This document shows, piece after piece, positions 29,165 through 38,752 of a stretch of DNA of 64,000 nucleotides. The DNA lies in the NCBI GenBank assembly GCA_050174015.1, contig JBFXKG010000002.1:1-64000 (forward strand), given 5' to 3'. The stretch's first letter is position 1, and each line of letters opens with the position of its first letter. The notes beneath the pieces were generated by a model that was given only the letters and a program-made list of their open reading frames with translations, was not told the DNA's origin and did not search any database. A program made the position numbers and the translations under genes. Source of the DNA: Candidatus Krumholzibacteriia bacterium. GTDB taxonomy: Bacteria; Krumholzibacteriota; Krumholzibacteriia; LZORAL124-64-63.

Positions 29165-29209
29165 AAGGTAATCCCTGAATCCGTCATGTCAAATTGGTAA
29201 TGAGTATCA
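29165..29209 (-). promoter_or_regulatory. Ferredoxin promoter with adjacent Fur-box-like site
   Basis: Minus strand TTGACA(29192-29187)-N16-TACCTT; TGGTAATGAGTATCA (29195-29209) matches 12/14 positions of the 7-1-7 Fur motif TGATAATnATTATCA. Confidence 0.45.
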
Positions 29210-29269
29210 CATGGACATCAAGGCGTTTATTTTTAACTACTTGCGGTATCCGTTAAAGCGTTCGGATAA

Positions 29270-29707
29270 TTATTTTTTCAACAGGTCGGCCAGTTCGGGT
29301 CCGCCGTCCCGTTTCAGCAGCGGCGGCAGGCAGAGCAGGAGCAGGACGACGTCCCGGACCAGCAGGTCCAGCCCCACCCCGTGGCCGCCGTCGGTGTTGA
29401 AGCACCCGCAGGAGATGTCCAGGCCCCGGGCCAGGGCCGAGGCGATCGCCACGATGAAGACCAGGGTCAGCAGGGCGGCGATCAGGGCGGCTCCCCGCCG
29501 CAGGACTCCCAGCACCAGACCCAGTCCCATCACCATCTCCAGGACGGGCAGCAGGTGGGCCATGGGGTGCAGCAGGGAATAGGGAACCATGCGGTAGTTG
29601 TCGATGGCCGCAGCGAAGGCGCCGGGATGGGCGAGCTTGTCCAGCGAGGCATAGATGAAGATCCCCCCGACGGCCAGCCGGCACAGCAGCACGATCCACC
29701 GCGTCAC
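29270..29707 (-). CDS. MauE/DoxX-family membrane protein
   Basis: RLAVGGIFIYASLDK, LPVLE, RGLDISCGCF, RD; GTG start overlaps the upstream TGA. Confidence 0.85.
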   Translation of the reverse strand: MTRWIVLLCRLAVGGIFIYASLDKLAHPGAFAAAIDNYRMVPYSLLHPMAHLLPVLEMVMGLGLVLGVLRRGAALIAALLTLVFIVAIASALARGLDISCGCFNTDGGHGVGLDLLVRDVVLLLLCLPPLLKRDGGPELADLLKK

Positions 29708-30219
29708 GAGCCGCCCTCCCCCTGGGTGCGCGTTGTGAGGTCGCCGCCCGCGTCCGCCCAGGCGTCCAGGCCCCCCTGCAGGATGACGATGTCCAGGTAG
29801 CCGCGGTCCTTGAGCCTTCCGGCGATGTTGGACGGTCCTGTGAGATTGCCGTCCCCGAAGACCACCAGGGGATCTTCCGGGAACATGAAGTCGAACAGCG
29901 CGAACAGGTCGTCGTCGAAGGAATCCTGCCGGATGGAGACGGCCCCGGGGATGGTCCTGAACTCCGAGCCGCCTACGGGGCGCGTGTCGATGAACAGGTG
30001 GGTTCCGGTTTCGTAGAAGGCGAGCGCTGCGGCGGCGTCCACCAGGGGGGCGGCCAGTTCGAGACGGTACACCGCCGGCTCGGCCCGCAGGGGCAGGGGG
30101 TCGGGGTGCAGGACCCAGGACCCCGCAGCAAGCACGAGGGAGACGAGGGTCAGCCAGGCCGCCTCCGCGAGGGGAGAGCGGCCGCGGCCTCCGGAATCCA
30201 TCGTCGTCCGCCGGGCCAT
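29704..30219 (-). CDS. Membrane-anchored rhodanese-like protein lacking the catalytic Cys
   Basis: FIDTR...IPGAVSI, VVFGDG at the active-site loop, ILQGGLDAW. Confidence 0.75.
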   Translation of the reverse strand: MARRTTMDSGGRGRSPLAEAAWLTLVSLVLAAGSWVLHPDPLPLRAEPAVYRLELAAPLVDAAAALAFYETGTHLFIDTRPVGGSEFRTIPGAVSIRQDSFDDDLFALFDFMFPEDPLVVFGDGNLTGPSNIAGRLKDRGYLDIVILQGGLDAWADAGGDLTTRTQGEGGS

Positions 30220-30225
30220 CCGGGC

Positions 30226-31233
30226 CTACATCCTGACCATGTAGGTGATGGGCACCTCGATGGTCGGCATGGAGGGGTCGTCGGTGTGGACGGTGAGCGT
30301 GCCCTGGATGCGACCCTCGTTCGCGATGGCCCGCGGGTCGTCCTTGCCGATGGGGGTCCCCTCCAGCTTGATGATCACCTCGCCGCCGGGAGCGACGGTC
30401 AGGATCGAAGCATCGATCTCGGGCAGGTCGATGTCCAGGCCCGTCACCTTGAAGTTGTTCTGGTTGTTGTAGGCGCGGATGCGCAGGTTCTGCAGCAGCT
30501 CGGTCCGGTAACGCCAGTTGACCCGCTCGGGAGAGGCGACCAGCGGCGGGCGGACGAACGAAGCTATCTCGAAATCCACGGTCGGCATGTCGGGAACGTT
30601 GGTCGCGATCCGCACGACGTCCTTCTGCTGGCCGGGGGGCGTGTCCGCCCGCAGGGTGACCTCGAGGATGGATTTCTGCGGATCCCCGTCCACCCCGTTC
30701 TTCACCACGGCCCCGTAGATGCCGCGGCGGATGTGGTCGATCTCGAGGACCAACTCGGGCACTTCGGGGCTGGTGAAGGTGGCGGTGCGGGTGGCCGTCT
30801 CCCCGATGAGCGACTGCTCGAAGCCGAGGCGCTGGGAGGCCGGATCGATCACCAGGGGGGCGTAGACGTTGGCCATGATCATGACGTCGACCACGGGACT
30901 GCGGGGATCGTTGGAGACCACCTGGACCGCCTTGACCACGTGTCCCGCGAACTTCTTGCTGTTGAATTCGATGGTCAGGGTGGTCGCCTCGCCGGGGCCG
31001 AGTTCCTTCACCGCCAGCTCGGGGACCGTGCACCCGCAATCGGCCTTGACCTCCTCGATGACCAGGCGGCCGGCCCCCTGGTTCTCGATCTTGACTTCGG
31101 TGGAGCGGGCTTCCTGCTGTTTCATGTTGCCGAAATCCCAGGTGGTGGGGGAGACGGCGATGACCTGGGCCTGGACGGCGCCGCCGAGTGCCAGCAAGGC
31201 CGCGGCCGCCATTCCACTGATGAACCTGCGCAT
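30226..31233 (-). CDS. Secreted DUF1573-domain protein
   Basis: Signal peptide; WDFG...IENQG...LVI..VKADCGCT...L.PGE; AAGGAAGG RBS. Confidence 0.8.
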   Translation of the reverse strand: MRRFISGMAAAALLALGGAVQAQVIAVSPTTWDFGNMKQQEARSTEVKIENQGAGRLVIEEVKADCGCTVPELAVKELGPGEATTLTIEFNSKKFAGHVVKAVQVVSNDPRSPVVDVMIMANVYAPLVIDPASQRLGFEQSLIGETATRTATFTSPEVPELVLEIDHIRRGIYGAVVKNGVDGDPQKSILEVTLRADTPPGQQKDVVRIATNVPDMPTVDFEIASFVRPPLVASPERVNWRYRTELLQNLRIRAYNNQNNFKVTGLDIDLPEIDASILTVAPGGEVIIKLEGTPIGKDDPRAIANEGRIQGTLTVHTDDPSMPTIEVPITYMVRM

Positions 31234-31421
31234 GGGACTACCTTCCTTTACGACGAGCAGGGCGTTGACCTCGGCCCGGTGGAACCCCGGCGCAGGGAGA
31301 GAGTTCCCGCGGGCGGGGTCCGGGGGGCCGGGGGGACGCCTCGGTCCTGGCCATCTAATTTTGCTCCTTTTCGCCTCCATCGCAAGGGCGTAGGATGCCG
31401 GCCAGGAATACGGGAGGCGGG

Positions 31422-32441
31422 ATGTTCCAGCACAAGCTGAAACTGGACAGCGTGGGCCGGGGCCTGGTGCTCCTGCTCTGCGTCCTGCTGGGCGGCACCC
31501 TCTGGTTCGTCCTCATGGAAGGATTCACCTTCCTGGACGCCATGTACATGACGGTCATCACCGTCAGCACGGTGGGCTTCATGGAGGTCCACGACCTGGA
31601 CCGGTCCGGCCGCATCTTCGTGCTGCTCCTGATCGTGACCGGTCTGACCGTCATGACCTACACCCTGGGCGCGGTGGGCCGGGTCATTATCGAGGGTTCG
31701 ATCCAGCGGTATGTCGGGAGGCACAGGATGCTGCGCGAAATCGAGAGGATCCAGAACCACTACATCGTCTGCGGGCACGGCCGCATGGGGGAGATCCTGT
31801 GCGAACAGCTCCAGTTCGAGGGCGTGCCCTTCGTGGTGGTCGAGGGGGACCCGGAACTGGCCGAGACCCTTGCCGACAAGGGCTACAAGGTCGTCCTGGG
31901 CGACGCCACCGAGGACCAGGTGCTCGAGCGGGCGGGAGTCACCAGGGCCCGGGGACTGGTGGCCGTGGTCTCCCGCAACGAGGACAACCTCTACATCACC
32001 CTGTCGGCACGGGAGATGTGCCGGACCGCCAACCCCCGGCTCTACATCCTGTCCCGGGCCACCGACCAGCGGGCCGGCCTGAAGATCGAGCGGGCCGGGG
32101 CCGACCGGGTCATCTCTCCCTACGTGATCGGGGGCATGCGCCTGGTGCAGGCCCTGCTGCGGCCCACCGTGTACGACTTCGTCGACCTGGCCACCCACAG
32201 CGGGGGCCTGGACCTGATGTTCGAGGAGCTGACCATCGGGTCGGGATCGGGGCTGGAGGGCGTGGCCATCAAGGATTCGGGGATACGGAAGAACTACGAC
32301 GTGATCGTCATCGGCATCAAGAGCGCCTCGGGGGCCATGACCTTCAATCCCGGGCCCGGCACCATCCTGCATACGGACGACGTCCTGATCACCCTGGGCG
32401 ACAAGAGCCAGCTGGTGCGCCTGGGGGCAGCCCTGGCCTGA
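31422..32441 (+). CDS. Potassium channel with RCK (TrkA-N/TrkA-C) domains
   Basis: DAMYMTVITVSTVGF filter, HYIVCGHGRMG, GDAT, AGADRVISPY. Confidence 0.9.
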   Translation: MFQHKLKLDSVGRGLVLLLCVLLGGTLWFVLMEGFTFLDAMYMTVITVSTVGFMEVHDLDRSGRIFVLLLIVTGLTVMTYTLGAVGRVIIEGSIQRYVGRHRMLREIERIQNHYIVCGHGRMGEILCEQLQFEGVPFVVVEGDPELAETLADKGYKVVLGDATEDQVLERAGVTRARGLVAVVSRNEDNLYITLSAREMCRTANPRLYILSRATDQRAGLKIERAGADRVISPYVIGGMRLVQALLRPTVYDFVDLATHSGGLDLMFEELTIGSGSGLEGVAIKDSGIRKNYDVIVIGIKSASGAMTFNPGPGTILHTDDVLITLGDKSQLVRLGAALA

Positions 32442-32540
32442 GCGGGCTCGGGTGGGGCGGAAATCGAAACCTTGACTAGAATTGTCATGGATGCGGCCCC
32501 GTCGGAGCCGCCCGGTTGTCGCCCTGCGGGAGGAGAGGCC

Positions 32541-33476
<936 letters not shown>

Positions 33477-33480
33477 GGCC

Positions 33481-34398
33481 ATGACCCCCGAGGAACGCAG
33501 CCGCACCCTCCGCGACCTGACCGCGGCCATGGTGGAGTCGTACCAAAGGCTCGGCGGCATCAACCGCCTGGGCGACAGGGATCTGCCCAGCCATCGCTCC
33601 ATCGTGACACTGCTTGAGGAACTCCAGACCCTGATGTTCCCCGGCTACTTCGGCGACGTGGTGCCGCGGGAGGCCGACCTGGAGATGCTGGTCGGGGCCC
33701 GGCTGGACGCGGTCGGGCGCCAGCTCGACGGGGTCATCGAAAGGACCTTGCGGTTCTGCCGCCACACCGCCTGCAGGTGCGAGGAGATCTGGCAGCTGGC
33801 CGGTTCCCCGCCTCCGGACCAGCTGTTCGGCGCGGCGGCCCGCCAGGTGACGCGCCTGTATCTCGACCAGCTGCCAGGAATCAGGGACCTGCTCGACACC
33901 GACGTCCAGGCCGCCTTCGAGGGCGACCCCGCGGCCAACAACACCGAGGAGATCATCCTCTGCTACCCGGGGGTCACGGCGATCCTGGTCCACCGGCTGG
34001 CCCATCCGCTCTACCGGCTGGGAGTGCCCCTGCTGCCGCGCATCATGAGCGAGTGGGCGCACCACCGCACGGGCGTGGACATCCACCCGGGGGCGGAGAT
34101 CGGGCCCAGTTTCTTCATCGATCACGGGACCGGGGTGGTGATCGGCGAGACCACGCGGATCGGCGAGCGGGTCAAGATCTACCAGGGGGTCACCCTGGGG
34201 GCCCTGAGCTTTCCCCGCAATCCCGACGGCACCCTGGTCAAGGGAGGCAAGCGCCACCCGACCATCGGCGACCGGGTCACCATCTACGCCAACGCCACCA
34301 TCCTGGGGGGAGAGACGGTCATCGGTGACGGCGCCGTCATCGGAGGGGGAACCTGGATCACGGCCTCGGTGCCGCCGGGGGCGAAGGTCCTGTCCTGA
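33481..34398 (+). CDS. cysE: Serine O-acetyltransferase
   Basis: GDPAA, YPG, TGVDIHPGA, FFIDHGTGVVIGET, IYQGVTLG, KRHPT. Confidence 0.92.
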   Translation: MTPEERSRTLRDLTAAMVESYQRLGGINRLGDRDLPSHRSIVTLLEELQTLMFPGYFGDVVPREADLEMLVGARLDAVGRQLDGVIERTLRFCRHTACRCEEIWQLAGSPPPDQLFGAAARQVTRLYLDQLPGIRDLLDTDVQAAFEGDPAANNTEEIILCYPGVTAILVHRLAHPLYRLGVPLLPRIMSEWAHHRTGVDIHPGAEIGPSFFIDHGTGVVIGETTRIGERVKIYQGVTLGALSFPRNPDGTLVKGGKRHPTIGDRVTIYANATILGGETVIGDGAVIGGGTWITASVPPGAKVLS

Positions 34399-34407
34399 AA
34401 GCAGCCG

Positions 34408-35802
34408 CTACTTCCAGTGGGTCGAGATGAACTGGTCCACCTCGGGGATGCCGCCCTGGAACACCAGGTACCCGTTGTGGGGTTCGCGCTCGGTGATCTC
34501 GCCGGCCACGGGAGTCAGCATGATCCGCTTGACCTCCTCGCGGTCCCGGGACTGCCCCAGGGCCCACCCCAGCTTCACGTAGGCCACCTCCGGCAGCATG
34601 TTCGCCGCGGGAGTCACTCCGAGGCCCATGATCTCGCGCCCGGTCTCGTACACGTACATCTGCACGTAGCCCCACAGGGTCTGCACGGTCATGTAGACGT
34701 GGACTCCGGCGTCGTACGCCCGCTGGAGCGCGGGATACAGCGGCTTGTTGACGTGGCCCAGGCCGGTGCCGGCGATGATGATCCCCTTGTAGCCGTTGGC
34801 GACCAGGGAGTCGATGACGTCGGGCTTCATCGCCGGATAGTAGTAGACCAGCGAGACCCGGTCGTCGAAGACGGCCTTCAGGTCGACCCGGTTGTCGTCG
34901 CGCCGCCGCTTGTAGTCCTCCCGGAAGGGGGTGACCCCGGAGGCGGGATCGACCTTGCCCAGGGGGACGTCGCCGAGGGTGCGGAAGGTCGAGCGGTAGG
35001 ACGAATGCATCTTGCGCACGCGCGTCCCCCGGTGCAGCAACCCGTACTCGTCGCTGGTGGGGCCGAACATGCAGACCATCACCTCGGCGATGTCGCTGGT
35101 GGCCGCGGTGCGCGTGGCGTTGATGAGGTTGATGGCCGCGTCCGAGCTGGGCCGGTCGCTGCTGCGCTGGCTGCCCACCATCACGATGGGCACGGGCGAG
35201 TCCTGCAGCATGAAGCTCAGGGCGGCGGCGGTGTGGTGCATGGTGTCCGTGCCGTGGCCCACCACGATCCCGGCCACGCCCTTCTCGATCTCGGCGGCGA
35301 TGGCCCGGGCCGTCCCCATCCACTGCTCGGGGCCCATGTTCTCGCTGAAGATCCCGTACAGCTTCTCGGTTTCCATGTTGCAGATGTCCGCCAGTTCGGG
35401 CACCGAGCCGTACAGCTCGCCGGGACTGAAGGCGGGGATGACCGCGCCGGTGCGGTAGTCCAGCCGGCTGGCGATGGTGCCCCCGGTGCCGAAAAGCTTG
35501 ACCCGGGGCTTGCCGGGGTCGAAGGGGAACTCCTTCTCGGGGATCTGGTAGTTGGCCACCTTGCGCCCGTGGACGCTGATGGACCGCACGGTGTCGTGGC
35601 GGATCCCGATGTTGTACCCGGTGGCCAGCTTCAGCACGATGTGAAGCTCGTCGGCGGTCTCGCTGCGGGGCAGGATCAGGCCCGTGAAGTCGCCGCGGGT
35701 GGTGTGCAGGGTCACCTGGGACCAGACCGGGGAGCTCTCGCGCTGCAACAGGTCCAGGGTGGGGCTGCGGTAGCCCTTGAAGTCCTCGTGCGTCTGGCTC
35801 AC
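34408..35802 (-). CDS. gatD: Glu-tRNA(Gln) amidotransferase subunit D (archaeal type)
   Basis: GatD N-domain HIVLKLATGYNIGI; GTGGTIASRLDYRTGAV, HGTDT, GSQRSSDRPSSD, RVRKMHS, MLPEVAYVKL. Confidence 0.9.
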   Translation of the reverse strand: MSQTHEDFKGYRSPTLDLLQRESSPVWSQVTLHTTRGDFTGLILPRSETADELHIVLKLATGYNIGIRHDTVRSISVHGRKVANYQIPEKEFPFDPGKPRVKLFGTGGTIASRLDYRTGAVIPAFSPGELYGSVPELADICNMETEKLYGIFSENMGPEQWMGTARAIAAEIEKGVAGIVVGHGTDTMHHTAAALSFMLQDSPVPIVMVGSQRSSDRPSSDAAINLINATRTAATSDIAEVMVCMFGPTSDEYGLLHRGTRVRKMHSSYRSTFRTLGDVPLGKVDPASGVTPFREDYKRRRDDNRVDLKAVFDDRVSLVYYYPAMKPDVIDSLVANGYKGIIIAGTGLGHVNKPLYPALQRAYDAGVHVYMTVQTLWGYVQMYVYETGREIMGLGVTPAANMLPEVAYVKLGWALGQSRDREEVKRIMLTPVAGEITEREPHNGYLVFQGGIPEVDQFISTHWK

Positions 35803-37736
35803 TGGCGGGTCTCCTCGAGGTGTTCGGCGATCCAGCGCCGGACGGCGCTTCCGGGCACGCGGCCGCGGACCGTGGGCATGATCCGTTCCATCAGGGCGTG
35901 TTCATTCCGGGCGGGGTCTTCGGGCAGGCCGCCGTCCGCCAGGGATTCGGTCGCCAGGCCGGCCACCAGGCGCCGGGCCTCGGCTTCGGGCAGGGGAAGG
36001 GCCGGCTCCTCCTCGCTGCACCAGACGGCCTCGGGCAGGATGTCCCCGCGGACGATGCGATCGACGGTCTGTTCCCACCAGGGCCCGGCGGCCCGGAGGC
36101 TCGCAGGCCGGGGGCTGGACCGGTCCTGCAGCAGGCTGGCCAGCTGGTGGGGGCCGAAGGCGGCGGCGCCGGAGGCGTCCAGGCGGGTCCGCAGGGCCTC
36201 GAAGAGGTCGTAGGCGCGGTGGCGGCTCAGGCGCTCGGCCAGATCGGGACCGACGCCCGCCTCGGACAGCAGCCGGCGCCTCTCCCAGGGGGGAGAGGGC
36301 AAGGAGGCCCTGATGGCGTCCACCCGCTCGTCGCTCAACCCGATGGGCGGCAGATCGGTGTCCGGGTACATGCGGTCGGCGCCCGGCAGGACGCGCTCGA
36401 AGCCGTTGGTCCCGTCGTCCAGGGCCTGCCGGGTCTCCTGGGGGACGCCGGCGACGGCCTCCCGGGCTCTGATGGCGATCTCCTTCCCGGCGGTCCGGGT
36501 GTCGCGCTCGGGCCCCCAGACCAGGACCACCGGCACGTCCTGGCCCACCTTGCAGACGTTGGCCACCCGGTTCCAGTCCCGGCTGCTGAGGGTCGGGACG
36601 TCCTGGGTCGACAGGGCCAGGTTGGGCAGGTCGTCGATGCAGGCGATCACGCGGATGCGGTCGCTGAATTCCTTCAGGAAGCTGGTGCGGGGCTGGGTCT
36701 GGACCTCGAGGAGTCCCTGGAACCCGGGCAGGGGGATGGCCATGACGGACGCCCCCTTGTCCACGGCCTTGCGGATGAACCGGCACTCGGTGCCGCGCAC
36801 GATGGCCGTCACGTCGAATCCCGTGTCGGCGATGTCGTCGGCGGTGATCCCCCGCCGCTGGAGCTCCCCGCGGATGCCGAGCAGGGTGCGCTGGCGCAGC
36901 GCCTCGTTGTGGGTGAGGCGGGGGATGGCCCTCAGGCTGGGGACGCCCTTGATCTCGATGCGCGTCCCGCCCGTGACCGAGACGTTGACGTCCTGGCGGG
37001 CTGCCCCGCTGCCGGTGCGGACCATGCCGCTGGACCGGCACAGGTGGCGCAGCACCTGGCCGACAGCCATGGCTTCCTCCGGGGTCTTCATGTCGGGGTC
37101 GGTGACGGTCTCGATCAGGGGCATGCCCAGGCGGTCGGTCCGGTAGACCCGAACGTGGCCCTGGTCGCTGACTTCCCGGCAGGAATCCTCCTCGATGCTG
37201 AGCTGGCGGATGTGTACTGTGCGGTCCCGGAAGGGGACGTCGCCGTCGGTGCCGATGATGGCGGTCCGCTGGAAACCGGTGGGAATGCTGCCGTCCAGGT
37301 ACTGCTTGCGGGTGATGTGCACCTCGCTGACCACGTTGCAGCCGAGCATCATGGTGATGGCGATGCTGATGTCCAGGGCCTCGTCGTCCATCTCGAACGG
37401 GGGGGCGTCGTCCATCTCGTAGGTGCAGACCGTGTTCTGGTTGAGGTGGTAGATGATCTCCTTGCGGGTCTTGAACTCCATCAGGGCGGTGCCGTCGTAC
37501 TCGCCCATCTCCGAGAGGGTGGGCCGCATGTGCCGCAGCACCTCGGCCTGGTGTTCGCCCTGGTTGTACTGCCCGGCCGGGCAGCGGCAGAACAGCTTCC
37601 GCCTGGTCAGCAGTTGCTGGTGAACCTCGAGTCCGCACATGAATCCGAGCGCGGCGTAGTCCGCGGGTCCCAGTTCCCCGTAAAGGGGCAACGGATTCAG
37701 GAGCCAGGGATCCTCGATCAGGAAACGGTTACCCAT
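35799..37736 (-). CDS. gatE: Glu-tRNA(Gln) amidotransferase subunit E (archaeal type)
   Basis: CGLEVHQQL..KLFC, RPTLSEMGEYD, DGSIPTGFQRT, EEDSCR, DRLGMPLIE, RQDVNVSV.GG.RIEIKGV, insertion domain, PGADRMYPDTD. Confidence 0.9.
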   Translation of the reverse strand: MGNRFLIEDPWLLNPLPLYGELGPADYAALGFMCGLEVHQQLLTRRKLFCRCPAGQYNQGEHQAEVLRHMRPTLSEMGEYDGTALMEFKTRKEIIYHLNQNTVCTYEMDDAPPFEMDDEALDISIAITMMLGCNVVSEVHITRKQYLDGSIPTGFQRTAIIGTDGDVPFRDRTVHIRQLSIEEDSCREVSDQGHVRVYRTDRLGMPLIETVTDPDMKTPEEAMAVGQVLRHLCRSSGMVRTGSGAARQDVNVSVTGGTRIEIKGVPSLRAIPRLTHNEALRQRTLLGIRGELQRRGITADDIADTGFDVTAIVRGTECRFIRKAVDKGASVMAIPLPGFQGLLEVQTQPRTSFLKEFSDRIRVIACIDDLPNLALSTQDVPTLSSRDWNRVANVCKVGQDVPVVLVWGPERDTRTAGKEIAIRAREAVAGVPQETRQALDDGTNGFERVLPGADRMYPDTDLPPIGLSDERVDAIRASLPSPPWERRRLLSEAGVGPDLAERLSRHRAYDLFEALRTRLDASGAAAFGPHQLASLLQDRSSPRPASLRAAGPWWEQTVDRIVRGDILPEAVWCSEEEPALPLPEAEARRLVAGLATESLADGGLPEDPARNEHALMERIMPTVRGRVPGSAVRRWIAEHLEETRQ

Positions 37737-37906
37737 GATCACCCGTCCAGGTCGGTTCTGCTCGGTTTCCGGATATGTCGGTCGCTTTGTCCGTCTTTGG
37801 CGCAGGCGATGGACCGGGCAAAGATATGGGGCGCAGGGACAAAGCTCCAATAAATCTTGATCCCGGCGGCGCCGCGGCGGAACCCGCCGCCGGTTCGTTG
37901 GCCCCC

Positions 37907-37997
37907 TTGACGAAAATTGACAGGTGAAGTACAGTATGCTGTCAAAACCGTAACAGAATCCGCTGCGGTTGTAGACCGAATGTTAATCCAATCACAT
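37907..37997 (+). promoter_or_regulatory. rex promoter and Rex-box-like operator
   Basis: TTGACG(37907)-N17-TACAGT; ATGTTAATCCAATCACAT (37980-37997) resembles TTGTGAA-N4-TTCACAA and sits just before the RBS. Confidence 0.5.
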
Positions 37998-38012
37998 GCT
38001 GGAGGCCCCAGG

Positions 38013-38678
38013 TTGAGAAAGAAGCGCAAGGGTTGCGACGTCCCCGATGCCACCATCCACCGGCTGCCCCTGTACCTGGAGAAGCTGAAGCTGCTGCAGG
38101 CCATCGGAGTCGAGGACGTGTCGAGCCGCCAGCTCGCCGAATCCCTGGACATCAAGGCCAGCCAGTTGCGCCATGATTTCCATTACTTCGGGGGATTCAG
38201 CCGGCCGGGCCGACCCTACCAGGTGGCCAAGCTGGTGCCGGCTCTCGAGCAGATCATCGGCATCGCCGAGCCGGTGCCGACGGTGATCGTCGGGGCGGGC
38301 CACCTGGGCCAGGCCCTGGCCAACTACCAGAACCTGGACGTCCAGGGATTCCCCGTGCGGGGCATCTTCGACGTCAATCCCAAGCTACGCGGCCTCGAGA
38401 TCCGCGGCCAGCCCATCCGGGACATGGACGAGATGGAGTCGGTGATCCGCAAGGAGAACGTCCGGATCGCCATCCTGACCGTTCCGGCCGCCCACGCCCA
38501 GGCGGTCACCGACCGGCTGGTCGCAGCCGGCGTGGTGGGGATCTTCAACTTCGCCCCCACCGACCTGAAGGTTCCCGACGGTGTGGCCGTCCGCAACGAG
38601 CGGCTCGCGGTCGGCATCATGGCCCTGAGCTTCAAGGTCAAGTGCATCCTGCAGGGTGAGGACGCGGAACTGGCCTGA
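38013..38678 (+). CDS. rex: Redox-sensing transcriptional repressor Rex
   Basis: ATIHRLPLY, VSS..LA, QLRHDFHYFG, IVGAGHLG.AL, AILTVP, IFNFAP; GGAGG RBS, TTG start. Confidence 0.92.
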   Translation: MRKKRKGCDVPDATIHRLPLYLEKLKLLQAIGVEDVSSRQLAESLDIKASQLRHDFHYFGGFSRPGRPYQVAKLVPALEQIIGIAEPVPTVIVGAGHLGQALANYQNLDVQGFPVRGIFDVNPKLRGLEIRGQPIRDMDEMESVIRKENVRIAILTVPAAHAQAVTDRLVAAGVVGIFNFAPTDLKVPDGVAVRNERLAVGIMALSFKVKCILQGEDAELA

Positions 38679-38702
38679 TACCCCTGCGGCTCGCTGAAAA
38701 CA

Positions 38703-38726
38703 GCCCCCGCCGTCAACGGCGGGGGC
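38703..38726. terminator. Hairpin between convergent rex and fabH
   Basis: GCCCCCGCCG-tcaa-CGGCGGGGGC. Confidence 0.6.
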
Positions 38727-38752
38727 CGTCTCTTTGCGGGGTCTGCGGGCGA

